64,000 bases of DNA from assembly GCA_964398815.1 (NCBI GenBank), contig CAYNNZ010000005.1:5739-69738 (forward strand), given 5' to 3'. The translations under genes and the position numbers were made by a program. The notes under the pieces are model-generated. The model did not search any database. It had not been told where the DNA came from and saw only the letters and a program-made list of their open reading frames with translations. Shown piece by piece: positions 37,091 through 45,934 of this stretch. Position 1 is the first letter of the stretch; each line of letters starts with the position of its first letter. Origin of the DNA: an uncultured Candidatus Saccharibacteria bacterium (lineage in GTDB: Bacteria > Patescibacteriota > Minisyncoccia > Phycocordibacterales > Phycocordibacteraceae).

Positions 37091-37795
37091 CTATTTAGCG
37101 AGCTGCGCGTCGACGAGTGCAGCAACGGCACTGTACGGCTGCGCACCCGAGAGCACGGTAGTGCCGATGATGAGGCTCGGCGTTCCATTGATGCCGAACT
37201 TCTGGCCCTCGTTGCGATCAGCTGCAATCTCAGCATCATACTGAGCCTTCTTCTGATTCATGAGCGCGACGACCTTAGCGACGTCTACGCCATTAATCTT
37301 CGCGGTGATTGCCTTGATAGAGTCGAGGTCGCCGAAGCCCTTATCTCCTTCATCGTCCTGTGCGGCGAACATAGCGAGATACCAATCATAGAAGTGGTCC
37401 GGATATGCCTCCCACATCGCGCGTGCGAATTCCGCACCCACCTGTGAGTCCTGTCCGAGGAACTGGAAGTCCTTGAAGACAATCTTCAGTTTGCCGGTCT
37501 TCACATAGTTCTCGAAGAGCTGCGGCGTCACCGTCTCCTCGAACTGCTTGCAGAACGGGCACTGGTAATCGAACCAGAACGCCATAGTCACCGGCGCATT
37601 TGCGTTTCCGATGAACGGGTCGCCCTCGGTCGACACATCCTTAATGTCCACCTTCGCAGCCTGCTGTCCGGTCTGGTCGGTCGGCTTTGCGCCATGTCCG
37701 AAGATGAACGCTGCTGCGAGGATGGCAGCGCCTACGACGACCGCAATCGGCGTGAGGTACTTCTCCATGAACTCGCCCTTCATATCCTTATCCAT
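37091..37795 (-). CDS. DsbA-like thioredoxin-fold thiol:disulfide oxidoreductase with N-terminal anchor
   Basis: 234 aa. FDYQCPFCKQFEE (CPFC active site). Confidence 0.75.
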   Translation of the reverse strand: MDKDMKGEFMEKYLTPIAVVVGAAILAAAFIFGHGAKPTDQTGQQAAKVDIKDVSTEGDPFIGNANAPVTMAFWFDYQCPFCKQFEETVTPQLFENYVKTGKLKIVFKDFQFLGQDSQVGAEFARAMWEAYPDHFYDWYLAMFAAQDDEGDKGFGDLDSIKAITAKINGVDVAKVVALMNQKKAQYDAEIAADRNEGQKFGINGTPSLIIGTTVLSGAQPYSAVAALVDAQLAK

Positions 37796-37861
37796 AGTTG
37801 GTTATCGAATGCCCTTATTTCCAATGCTATCTAGCATACCCCGCCCCGGTCGCCCCTGCCA

Positions 37862-38623
37862 CTAGCGCGCGACGTCGTTCCGAATGGCCGAAATAGCCTC
37901 CTGAACCGTGGTCATGAACTGTGCCGGGAAGATGATGGTGGAGTTCTTCTCTACTGATATCTCCGCCATGGTCTGGAGTGTACGCAGCTGGAGCGCGACT
38001 GGGTGTGTCGCGATGATGTCAGCAGCCTCGCCCAGCTTCACTGCCGCCTGGAACTCGCCCTCAGCCGCCACAATCTTTGCACGGCGTTCGCGTTCTGCCT
38101 CTGCCTCCTTCGCCATTGCACGCTGCATGTTCTCCGGAAGCGTGATGTCCTTGATTTCGACTGCCGTCACCTGCGCACCCCATGGCTCCGTGTGCGCATC
38201 GATGACTTCCTTTATCTGTCCATTGATGTCGGCGGTCTGCGAGAGAAGCTGGTCGAGCATGAACTGGCCCACCACGTTGCGCACGGTGGTCTGACTGATT
38301 TGGTTCACTGCGTCGTACACGTTCTCAATAGCAATGACTGACTTCTGCGGGTCGACGATGTGGTAGTACGCGACTGCGGCGATATCGATGGAGACGTTGT
38401 CCTTCGTGATGATTTTCTGCGAGGGAATATTCATCGTGATAGTGCGGAGCGTGACCTTCGTCATCTGCTCGAGAATCGGAATGAGGATGATGAGGCCAGG
38501 GCCGCGTACGCCCGTGCACTTGCCGAGGAAGAAGATGACTCCGCGGTCATATTCCTTCACGACGCGAAGCGAAAGCGCGAGGAAAATGATGACTATCGGA
38601 ACAAGGTAAATAAGGAGGTCCAT
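37862..38623 (-). CDS. SPFH/band-7 protein, stomatin-like
   Basis: 253 aa. N-terminal [65 protein letters not shown]. Confidence 0.8.
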   Translation of the reverse strand: MDLLIYLVPIVIIFLALSLRVVKEYDRGVIFFLGKCTGVRGPGLIILIPILEQMTKVTLRTITMNIPSQKIITKDNVSIDIAAVAYYHIVDPQKSVIAIENVYDAVNQISQTTVRNVVGQFMLDQLLSQTADINGQIKEVIDAHTEPWGAQVTAVEIKDITLPENMQRAMAKEAEAERERRAKIVAAEGEFQAAVKLGEAADIIATHPVALQLRTLQTMAEISVEKNSTIIFPAQFMTTVQEAISAIRNDVAR

Positions 38624-38658
38624 AGCAGTGAATGATTAGTACGGTGTGAGTATATACC

Positions 38659-38690
38659 TAAAACGCCCCGCAAGAATGCGGGGCGTTTTA
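38659..38690. terminator. Symmetric hairpin taaaacgccccg-caagaa-tgcggggcgtttta; terminator 3' of the DEAD-box helicase gene
   Basis: Seen in sequence. Confidence 0.55.
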
Positions 38691-38705
38691 GGTTGGTTTT
38701 TGCGA

Positions 38706-40172
38706 TTACTGGTAGAGGAACGTAAGTGCCTTACCAGTCTTCCCCGCTCGTCCGGTGCGGCCGATGCGGTGCGTGTAGTCCTCGTACGTACCCGGCAGGT
38801 CGTAGTTGATGACGTGCGAGACACCTGAGATATCGAGGCCGCGCGCAGCGACGTCGGTCGCAACAAGCACCTGGACATGACTCGCCTTAAAGAGTGACAA
38901 AGCCTTCTGGCGCTTGCCATGGGTCTTATCGCCATGAATCGAGTCTGCCTTGATGCCGCGGCGAGAGAGGTCGCGTGTGATGCGCTCGACACCGTGCTTG
39001 GTTCGTCCGAAGACGAGAACCTTGTCCATATCCGGAGCGGAAAGCAGGTCGACGAGCACGTCGAACTTGTTATCGCGCGTGACGTAGACCACGTCCTGGT
39101 CGATGGTCGAGGCAGTGTCGCGAGTCTTCACCGAGACGCGGACTGGGTCCTTGAGGAAGTCGCCGATGAGGCGCTCGATTTCCTTGTCCATGGTTGCGGA
39201 GAAGAAGAGTGTGTGGCGCTCCTTCTGCATGAAGCCGAGAATGAATTTCATATCGTTGATGAAGCCCATGTCGAGCATGCGGTCAGCCTCGTCGAGCACG
39301 ACAGTGGAGAAGGACGAGAGGTCCAGCTCCTTACGCTCCATGAGGTCCTTCAAACGTCCCGGAGTACCGATGACGAATGCAGGATTGCGGCGAAGCACAC
39401 GAATCTGCGGAACGATGTTCGCGCCGCCGACGCAGGTGACGGACGTAAGCTGGAGACCCTTCGAGAAACCGAAGAGCTCAGCCTCAATCTGAAGTGCGAG
39501 TTCGCGAGTCGGCACCATGACCAGCACGCGCTCGTTCTTTCCGAGCGTGCGGAATTTAAGCACTTTATCGATAAGCGGGATGAGGAATGCTGCTGTCTTT
39601 CCGGTTCCGGTGTTAGCAAGTCCGACGATGTCCTTTCCAAGGAGTACGTGCGGAATTGACTGGTCCTGAATCGGAGTCGGGTTGATGTAGCCCTTTGCGG
39701 TGATGTTTGCCTTGAGGCGCTCGTCGATAGCGAAATCGGCGAATGCGTGAGTCGGTACGTATGCCTCCTCGACGACACCCTCGACTGCCTTGTTGATGAG
39801 CTTGGAGAGGTCGATGTTCATCTCGGCAATGTTGCCGCGACGTGCACGAGTAGGCGCTCCGCCACCTCCACCACCATAGGAACCTCCGCGAGAGGGGCCG
39901 CGTGAACCGCGGTCGCCACCTCCACGCGACGGGCGTGAAGAAGAACCACCCTTGCTGCGAGAGCGAGGCGGGTCACGGCGAGGAACGTAATTGAGGCTCG
40001 GGGCAGCGTCGAACTGGCGCGCGAAAGCGGCACCTGCCTCAAAGGCACTGGACGGAGCCGGGCGGCGACCGCCTGGCTTTGGGGAACGCTGGCGCGCTCC
40101 TCCTTTATTGAACGTTTGCATGTCTGTCTTGTTTTGTGATGTCCGCGAGTGTGCGGACTTGGGATAATTCAC
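38706..40172 (-). CDS. DEAD-box ATP-dependent RNA helicase with ~130-aa N-terminal Gly/Arg/Ser-rich extension
   Basis: 488 aa. Q-motif, GTGKTAAF (motif I), PTRELA, DEAD (VLDEADRMLDMGF), SAT, HRIGRTGRAG. N-terminal RGGGDRGSRGPSRGGSYGGGGGG. Confidence 0.85.
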   Translation of the reverse strand: MNYPKSAHSRTSQNKTDMQTFNKGGARQRSPKPGGRRPAPSSAFEAGAAFARQFDAAPSLNYVPRRDPPRSRSKGGSSSRPSRGGGDRGSRGPSRGGSYGGGGGGAPTRARRGNIAEMNIDLSKLINKAVEGVVEEAYVPTHAFADFAIDERLKANITAKGYINPTPIQDQSIPHVLLGKDIVGLANTGTGKTAAFLIPLIDKVLKFRTLGKNERVLVMVPTRELALQIEAELFGFSKGLQLTSVTCVGGANIVPQIRVLRRNPAFVIGTPGRLKDLMERKELDLSSFSTVVLDEADRMLDMGFINDMKFILGFMQKERHTLFFSATMDKEIERLIGDFLKDPVRVSVKTRDTASTIDQDVVYVTRDNKFDVLVDLLSAPDMDKVLVFGRTKHGVERITRDLSRRGIKADSIHGDKTHGKRQKALSLFKASHVQVLVATDVAARGLDISGVSHVINYDLPGTYEDYTHRIGRTGRAGKTGKALTFLYQ

Positions 40173-40460
40173 AACTGCCTCGAGTGGTTCAGGGGCGTGG
40201 CCGCCTGGTCTCGAGCTGATTCGTGAATCCTCAAGACGGAAAACCTAATGGAGAACTGTTGTACTGAAACTATAGCACGAGTACTTCACCTACGCAAGGC
40301 AGCGATTGCGGACACTGTGCGGCGCATATCCCGCTCGCTGAGATATGCGCCGCACAATGCCAGTAACCACCTCCCTTCTATACGTCGCACGAGACTTTTT
40401 ATTACTAGGATGAGTAGTGAGTGTACTAGACACCTGTTGTTTGCTTGTTGTGGATAGCAC

Positions 40461-40613
40461 TTACCCGATTGGATTCTTGCCCTGTATCAAGCGGACGAGA
40501 ACGAGGATGATGGCCGCGATGAATAGCAGATGGATGAACCCGCCAATGGTGTAGGAAGTGACGAGCCCGACTGCCCAGAGCACGAGGAGAACTACGGCAA
40601 TGGTGATGAGCAT
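40461..40613 (-). CDS. lmo0937-family small membrane protein (50 aa)
   Basis: MLITIAVVLLVLWAVGLVTSYTIGGFIHLLFIAAIILVLVRLIQGKNPIG matches the ~50-aa lmo0937/DUF family pattern. The track ORF is over-extended. Confidence 0.45.
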   Translation of the reverse strand: MLITIAVVLLVLWAVGLVTSYTIGGFIHLLFIAAIILVLVRLIQGKNPIG

Positions 40614-40744
40614 GATGTGGTGATGATGTAACGAGTGCGCATGAACGCCTCGAACAGTAGTTGTACGAAATCGCGAGCAAAGAAAGCATGAAGGGCGCAG
40701 CGTAAACGCTGCGCCCTTGTGCCGTTCGGGTTTCCCCGAGGGTC

Positions 40745-41125
40745 TTAGTGCCCATGGCCCTTCCAGTGAATCTTCACGTGCGTGTACCGCCTCGCGCGGA
40801 GCGCATCGAGGAGCGGCTGCGGGAGCGGCGGGTCGGAGACCGGCCATTTCTCCGCATAGTAGTTCTCGATCATCGTGTAGACGGCGTCGGTGAGCGGGAT
40901 GGTCCGGAATGGCTCATCTTCGTTCTCCTCATTCACCGCCAGCAGCATGAACAGGAGCCGACTGGCTTTGTTCATCGGTGTGCCGGGGATGAATTTCTCA
41001 CCCTCCGGTCCGCTGAAGGTCAGGCCATTGATGGTCAGCTTCTCTTCACTGAGTCCGGTTTCGGGATGGTTCTCGATGCCGAAGAGCTGCGCTACTCCGG
41101 TCACCATGGTTCTGTGGTCGAGCAT
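40745..41125 (-). CDS. Hypothetical acidic protein
   Basis: 126 aa. No family assigned. Confidence 0.3.
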   Translation of the reverse strand: MLDHRTMVTGVAQLFGIENHPETGLSEEKLTINGLTFSGPEGEKFIPGTPMNKASRLLFMLLAVNEENEDEPFRTIPLTDAVYTMIENYYAEKWPVSDPPLPQPLLDALRARRYTHVKIHWKGHGH

Positions 41126-41230
41126 CAGCTCCTCCGTGTGCTTTCGAAAAACATATTACAACGGAAGTGGGGTTCGGTCAAATCAAAAGGCCGCCACAGA
41201 TGTGGCGGCCTTTTGATTATGTAAAAACGT

Positions 41231-43015
41231 CTAGCGACGAGACTTTGCGCGGTCAGTCTCCGTGAGACCCTGCTTACGCAGACGCACCGAAACCGGAGTG
41301 ATTTCGAGGTACTCGTCGTCAGTCATGACTTCGAGACCGCGCTCAATAGTGAGCGTGTAGGCAGGCACGAGATTGATTGCCTCGTCGTTTCCGGAGGAAC
41401 GGACGTTCGTCTGGTTCTTACCCTTGGTTGGGTTCACCACCATTTCCTCACCCTTACTGGTATTACCCACCACCATGCCCTCATATACTTCGGTCGCCGG
41501 ACCGATGTAGAGTACGCCGCGCTCCTGCATGCCCCACAGCGCATAGCCGAGCGCCTTGCCGGTCGCCATGGAAATCATCGAGCCTACCTGACGCTTCTTA
41601 ATTTCACCTGCGAACGGCTTGAAGCCGAGCACGCGCGAGGAGAGAATGCCCTCACCCTTCGTGTCGACGACGAACTGATTGCGGTAGCCGAGAAGTCCGC
41701 GCGTTGGTCCCTCGAGCGTGAGACGCACCTGGTTCTCGTGCTGCACGAGATTCTGGAGTACGAACGCGCGCGTGCCGAGGCGCTCGATGATGGCACCCTG
41801 GAATTCGGTCGGCGTATCGATAATGACTTCCTCGAACGGTTCCATCTTTACTCCATCCTCTTCGCGGATGATGACCTGCGGCTGAGACACCTGCATTTCA
41901 TATCCTGCGCGGCGCATGTTCTCGAGGAGAATTGCGATGTGAAGTTCACCGCGACCTGATACCTTGAAGGCGTCCGGTGAGACGAAGTCCACCTTGAGAC
42001 CGACGTTCACTTCGAGTTCCTTCTCGAGGTACTCGCGCAGCTGGCGGCTCGTTACGTACTTCCCTTCGCGACCTGCGAACGGCGAGTTGTTGACGAGGAA
42101 GTTGACCGTAATGGTCGGTTCATCAATGGCAATTGCTGGGAGCGGCTCGACTGCAGCGTCTGTGCCGATAGTCTCACCGATGAAAATATCCGGGAGACCT
42201 GCAACGATAACGATGTCGCCTGCCTGCGCTTCAGGTACATCAACGCGCTCAATGCCCTTGAAGGTAAACAGTTTCGTCAGTTTTCCAGTACGTGCGCTTC
42301 CGTCCGGCTTTTTGACCGTGACATTATCGGTTCCCTTGATGACACCCTCGTAGACGCGGCAGATTGCGAGACGACCGAGGAAGTTGTCATAGGCAAGATT
42401 GAACGCCTGAAGCTTCGCCGGCTTCGTGATTGCTTCCGGAGTCGTTGCCGGGGGGACAAGCTCAAGAATGGTGTCGAGAAGCGGCATGAGGTCCTTGCGC
42501 TCATCATCGAGATTTTTCATGGCGACGCCTTCACGGCCAATCGCGTATACCGTACGGAAATCAGACTGCTCGTCGGACGCGCCGAGTTCGAGGAAGAGCT
42601 CGAGGACTGCCTCTTCTGCCTGTGCGGGATTAGCCGCTGGCTTATCAATTTTATTCAAAACGACGATTGGCTTGATGCCGAGCTCAAGCGACTTCTTAAG
42701 CACGAAGCGCGTCTGCGGCATCGGGCCCTCCTGCGCATCCACGACGAGCAAGACGGAGTCGATAGAACGAAGCACGCGCTCCACTTCTGAGCCGAAGTCC
42801 GCGTGGCCCGGAGTGTCCACGATGTTAATCTTCGTACCCTTGTACTCAATAGAGGTGTTCTTCGAGTAGATAGTGATGCCGCGCTCCTGCTCAAGCTTGT
42901 TACTGTCCATGGAAACACCCTCAGCCACGGCGCCCGTCTGACGCATGAGGGCGTCAGTGAGCGTGGTCTTGCCGTGGTCCACGTGCGCGATAATCGCTAT
43001 GTTTCGGATTTCCAT
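41231..43015 (-). CDS. typA: Translational GTPase TypA/BipA
   Basis: 594 aa. IRNIAIIAHVDHGKTTL (G1), DTPGHADF, NKID; EF-G-like domain order. Confidence 0.9.
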   Translation of the reverse strand: MEIRNIAIIAHVDHGKTTLTDALMRQTGAVAEGVSMDSNKLEQERGITIYSKNTSIEYKGTKINIVDTPGHADFGSEVERVLRSIDSVLLVVDAQEGPMPQTRFVLKKSLELGIKPIVVLNKIDKPAANPAQAEEAVLELFLELGASDEQSDFRTVYAIGREGVAMKNLDDERKDLMPLLDTILELVPPATTPEAITKPAKLQAFNLAYDNFLGRLAICRVYEGVIKGTDNVTVKKPDGSARTGKLTKLFTFKGIERVDVPEAQAGDIVIVAGLPDIFIGETIGTDAAVEPLPAIAIDEPTITVNFLVNNSPFAGREGKYVTSRQLREYLEKELEVNVGLKVDFVSPDAFKVSGRGELHIAILLENMRRAGYEMQVSQPQVIIREEDGVKMEPFEEVIIDTPTEFQGAIIERLGTRAFVLQNLVQHENQVRLTLEGPTRGLLGYRNQFVVDTKGEGILSSRVLGFKPFAGEIKKRQVGSMISMATGKALGYALWGMQERGVLYIGPATEVYEGMVVGNTSKGEEMVVNPTKGKNQTNVRSSGNDEAINLVPAYTLTIERGLEVMTDDEYLEITPVSVRLRKQGLTETDRAKSRR

Positions 43016-43028
43016 AGAAATAAAATAG

Positions 43029-43052
43029 GGCCCTCGGGCCGTTAAAATGAAT
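43029..43052 (-). terminator. Weak hairpin (ggcc-ctcg-ggcc) followed on the minus strand by TATTTTATTT; terminator for mltG
   Basis: Seen in sequence. Short stem. Confidence 0.35.
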
Positions 43053-43079
43053 ATACCTTATATATACAAAACGTAAAGC

Positions 43080-44087
43080 CTAGCGAAGGTATTTATTGAT
43101 GTTGGCGAGCTGGCCGGCATAGGTCGGCGAGCAATGCATAACACCGCGATTGTCATGAATGTAGAAGAGGCAGTTCGTCGCGATTGGATTCAGCGCCGCT
43201 TCGATAGCAGCGAGTCCTGGCTCCGCTATTGGGTGCGGCGGAAGACCCTTCTGCTTATACGTATTGAATGGTGAATCCGGATACGTCCCGGCTGGTTTCG
43301 GGCTAGGCCACCAGCCGGTGTCTGCGTTCCCGGTCATGTACTGCAAACTCGCATCAAGTGCGAGTGGCATCCCGACTGCGAGACGCTTCTGAATGATGCC
43401 TGAGATTATGGACATGTCTTCCACACTGCCCGCCTCGCGCTGTATGAGTGATGCGATGGTAAGTACCTGCGGCCACGCTACTTTTTTCTTTACGGCCTCA
43501 TCCGCATAGGGCGCAAACACTTCCTTGAACCGGTTGCGCATCCGTTCTGCGATAAGCGCAGGCGGCTCATCTGTCGGGATGAGATAGGTATCAGGGAAAT
43601 ACACTCCTTCTATATAGTTCGGGCTCGATGAACCGGTCGCCGCATCCCATGCAGCGCGCTCTTCCGCATTCCATCCGAGCGCTTCGCTCAGCTGGTCTCC
43701 TATCTGCTCCTTACGTACACCCACCGGCACCTTCACCCATGCGAAGTACGGCGCCTGCACCAACTGGGACGCGATGGTCCATGCATCCATCGACGGACTT
43801 ATTTCGTACCCACCCGGACGTATCGCATGCCCGTCGGACGCGCGCAGGTACGCGAGCTCGAATATCCACGCGCCACGCACATACCCGTTCTCTGTGAGAC
43901 TGTCGGCGATTTCTCCCAGTGTCTCGTCGGGAGTCACCACGAATTGCCGGTTCGGTTCAGGCTCTCGCTTCATCGGCCCGAACGCTTCCGCATAGAGAAG
44001 TGCTGCGACGATAAGGAGAAGCGCAAATGCCGTCAGCACGATAAGGAGGGTGCGGCCTATGCCGCGTGTCGTCGTCCCGCTTCGCAT
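43080..44087 (-). CDS. mltG: Endolytic murein transglycosylase MltG (YceG family)
   Basis: 335 aa. N-terminal TM. YceG motifs (GYEISPSMDAWTIASQLV, LIQREAG, GLPPHPIAEPG). Confidence 0.8.
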   Translation of the reverse strand: MRSGTTTRGIGRTLLIVLTAFALLLIVAALLYAEAFGPMKREPEPNRQFVVTPDETLGEIADSLTENGYVRGAWIFELAYLRASDGHAIRPGGYEISPSMDAWTIASQLVQAPYFAWVKVPVGVRKEQIGDQLSEALGWNAEERAAWDAATGSSSPNYIEGVYFPDTYLIPTDEPPALIAERMRNRFKEVFAPYADEAVKKKVAWPQVLTIASLIQREAGSVEDMSIISGIIQKRLAVGMPLALDASLQYMTGNADTGWWPSPKPAGTYPDSPFNTYKQKGLPPHPIAEPGLAAIEAALNPIATNCLFYIHDNRGVMHCSPTYAGQLANINKYLR

Positions 44088-44091
44088 TGAT

Positions 44092-45771
44092 TTATTTTAC
44101 CCCGGCCTCATTTGTGAAGAGGATGCGGGCGAGCTTCAGCTCGTCGTAGGTATATTTGCCGCGGAGCTTATGGAATGCGGGTGCCAATTTCTCCGTGCCT
44201 GACTCTTCAAAAATTTCATGGATATCCGGAAGCGCAGCAATGAGCCGTGCCGGAATGAGGGAGAGGAGCGTTGCCGGCTCTAATTTTCCTGTGCGTACCA
44301 ACTGCTGCGCATGGTCGGCGATGGTGCCCACCGTGAGCTTGCGTTCCTTTGCAATATCGAGGAGCGGCACGCCGTCATCAATGAGCGTCATGGTCTCGTC
44401 GTAGGTCGTGCGCTTTGCGGGTCGCTCCCCTTCCTGTGCGGCCTCAAGCGCACCGCCATTACCCAGTATGAAATTGCGGTGCATCACTGCGAGATCTCCG
44501 TCCTCGCGCAGCGTATCGAATGCTTCCTCCGCTGCCATGGACTCCTCGCGCAGTCGTTCGTCCATGCGTGCGACTTCCGGGTGTACGAGCGCCGCCTGCT
44601 CACTCCACCCGAGGAGCGTGAGACCGGAGAGCGTACGTACACGAGAGAGCGCGACGTACCCCTGGCCATATTCAAAGGTGCGGGAGAGATCTATCGCAGC
44701 GGCGTCCATGCTCATGCCCTGGCTCTTATGCACGGTAATCGCCCATGCCAGACGAAGCGGCAGCTGCGCAATCTTCGCGCGGATTTTTCCGTTCTCTTCA
44801 ACTGCCCATTCCGTCGGCGTGATGACGAGTTCCCTGCCGTCATAGGTCTCGATGATGGGGTCGGATGAACCCCGCACGAACCCTATAACCTTTCCGAGCG
44901 TACCGTTCGTGTAGGAGCCGAGCGGATTGTTCTTCGTGCACATCACGACTGCACCCTCCTTAAGCGTGAGCGTGTCAGGCGAAAGACATCCGCGCTTCAA
45001 TCCTTCAACGATGATGTCTGGTCCCGTCGAGGTCATGCGATAGACCTTCGACGGAGTTTTGAGTTTCGCGAGTTCTGCTTCATTGATGCGGTCCACATCA
45101 GCGTTATGCGTGAAGAGTCGCGGCGTATCGCTCTCAAGTTCATCGCCTGAAGATTCTCGCGAGAGGATTGCCGAGGCGTGCGTATGGTCGAACGAGCCAT
45201 CGCGAATCGCAGAGAGAATGTCGAGGAATGCGTCGTCTTCCTGACGATGCTGTTCAGTGAGATAGCACACGAGTGGTGTCGCACTGCGCCATGCGGACGA
45301 GGTGAATGCGAACTCAGCCGGAGTACCGCCACGGGTTATCGGCGGCAACTGGAAGAAATCTCCCGAGAACACGACTTGGATACCGCCGAAGGCGCGCGTA
45401 TCGTGTCGCACTTCGCGGAGCACTGCGTCAATCATCGAGAGTGCTCCCGCAGAGAGCATCGATACTTCGTCGATGATGAGCACTTTGGCTTTCTGGAGTC
45501 TGCGCACGACATGCTCCTTGCTCGCGATGCGGTCGAGGTCCTGCTCAGACAGATGCTCAAGTATGCCGATGCCACTCCATGAGTGAATGGTCATCCCGCC
45601 CACATGCGTTGCTGCGATGCCAGTCGACGCAGTAATGGCAGGCTCAATGCCATGAGAACGCAGCCAAGAAATATAGGCGGTGAGCGTGTGCGTCTTGCCG
45701 CTTCCCGGCTCGCCGGTGAGGAAGACATTCGCGCCGGTCTTTAATATTTCGAGTGCCTGTCCTTGGGTCAT
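44092..45771 (-). CDS. PIF1/RecD-like superfamily-1 DNA helicase with C-terminal HTH-like domain
   Basis: 559 aa. Walker A TGEPGSGKTH. Motif II VLIIDEVSM. C-terminal UvrD_C_2-like VHKSQGMSMD. 4 nt from mltG. Confidence 0.75.
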   Translation of the reverse strand: MTQGQALEILKTGANVFLTGEPGSGKTHTLTAYISWLRSHGIEPAITASTGIAATHVGGMTIHSWSGIGILEHLSEQDLDRIASKEHVVRRLQKAKVLIIDEVSMLSAGALSMIDAVLREVRHDTRAFGGIQVVFSGDFFQLPPITRGGTPAEFAFTSSAWRSATPLVCYLTEQHRQEDDAFLDILSAIRDGSFDHTHASAILSRESSGDELESDTPRLFTHNADVDRINEAELAKLKTPSKVYRMTSTGPDIIVEGLKRGCLSPDTLTLKEGAVVMCTKNNPLGSYTNGTLGKVIGFVRGSSDPIIETYDGRELVITPTEWAVEENGKIRAKIAQLPLRLAWAITVHKSQGMSMDAAAIDLSRTFEYGQGYVALSRVRTLSGLTLLGWSEQAALVHPEVARMDERLREESMAAEEAFDTLREDGDLAVMHRNFILGNGGALEAAQEGERPAKRTTYDETMTLIDDGVPLLDIAKERKLTVGTIADHAQQLVRTGKLEPATLLSLIPARLIAALPDIHEIFEESGTEKLAPAFHKLRGKYTYDELKLARILFTNEAGVK

Positions 45772-45934
45772 ATATCCATGCTACATGCCCTAGGTGAAAT
45801 CAGGGTGTGGACGAGGTGTATTACCCGGAAAAAGCGATTGATGATGAAAAAATGAAGAGCGTTTGGTGAACTAGATACGCGAAAGCGCCCCGTATATGGG
45901 GCGCTTTCTGCTCGCACAGCCGTGAACATCAGTT

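Noticed and set aside
38919-39659. 246-aa plus-strand ORF opposite the DEAD-box helicase
   Set aside because: Antisense shadow of a gene with all helicase motifs.
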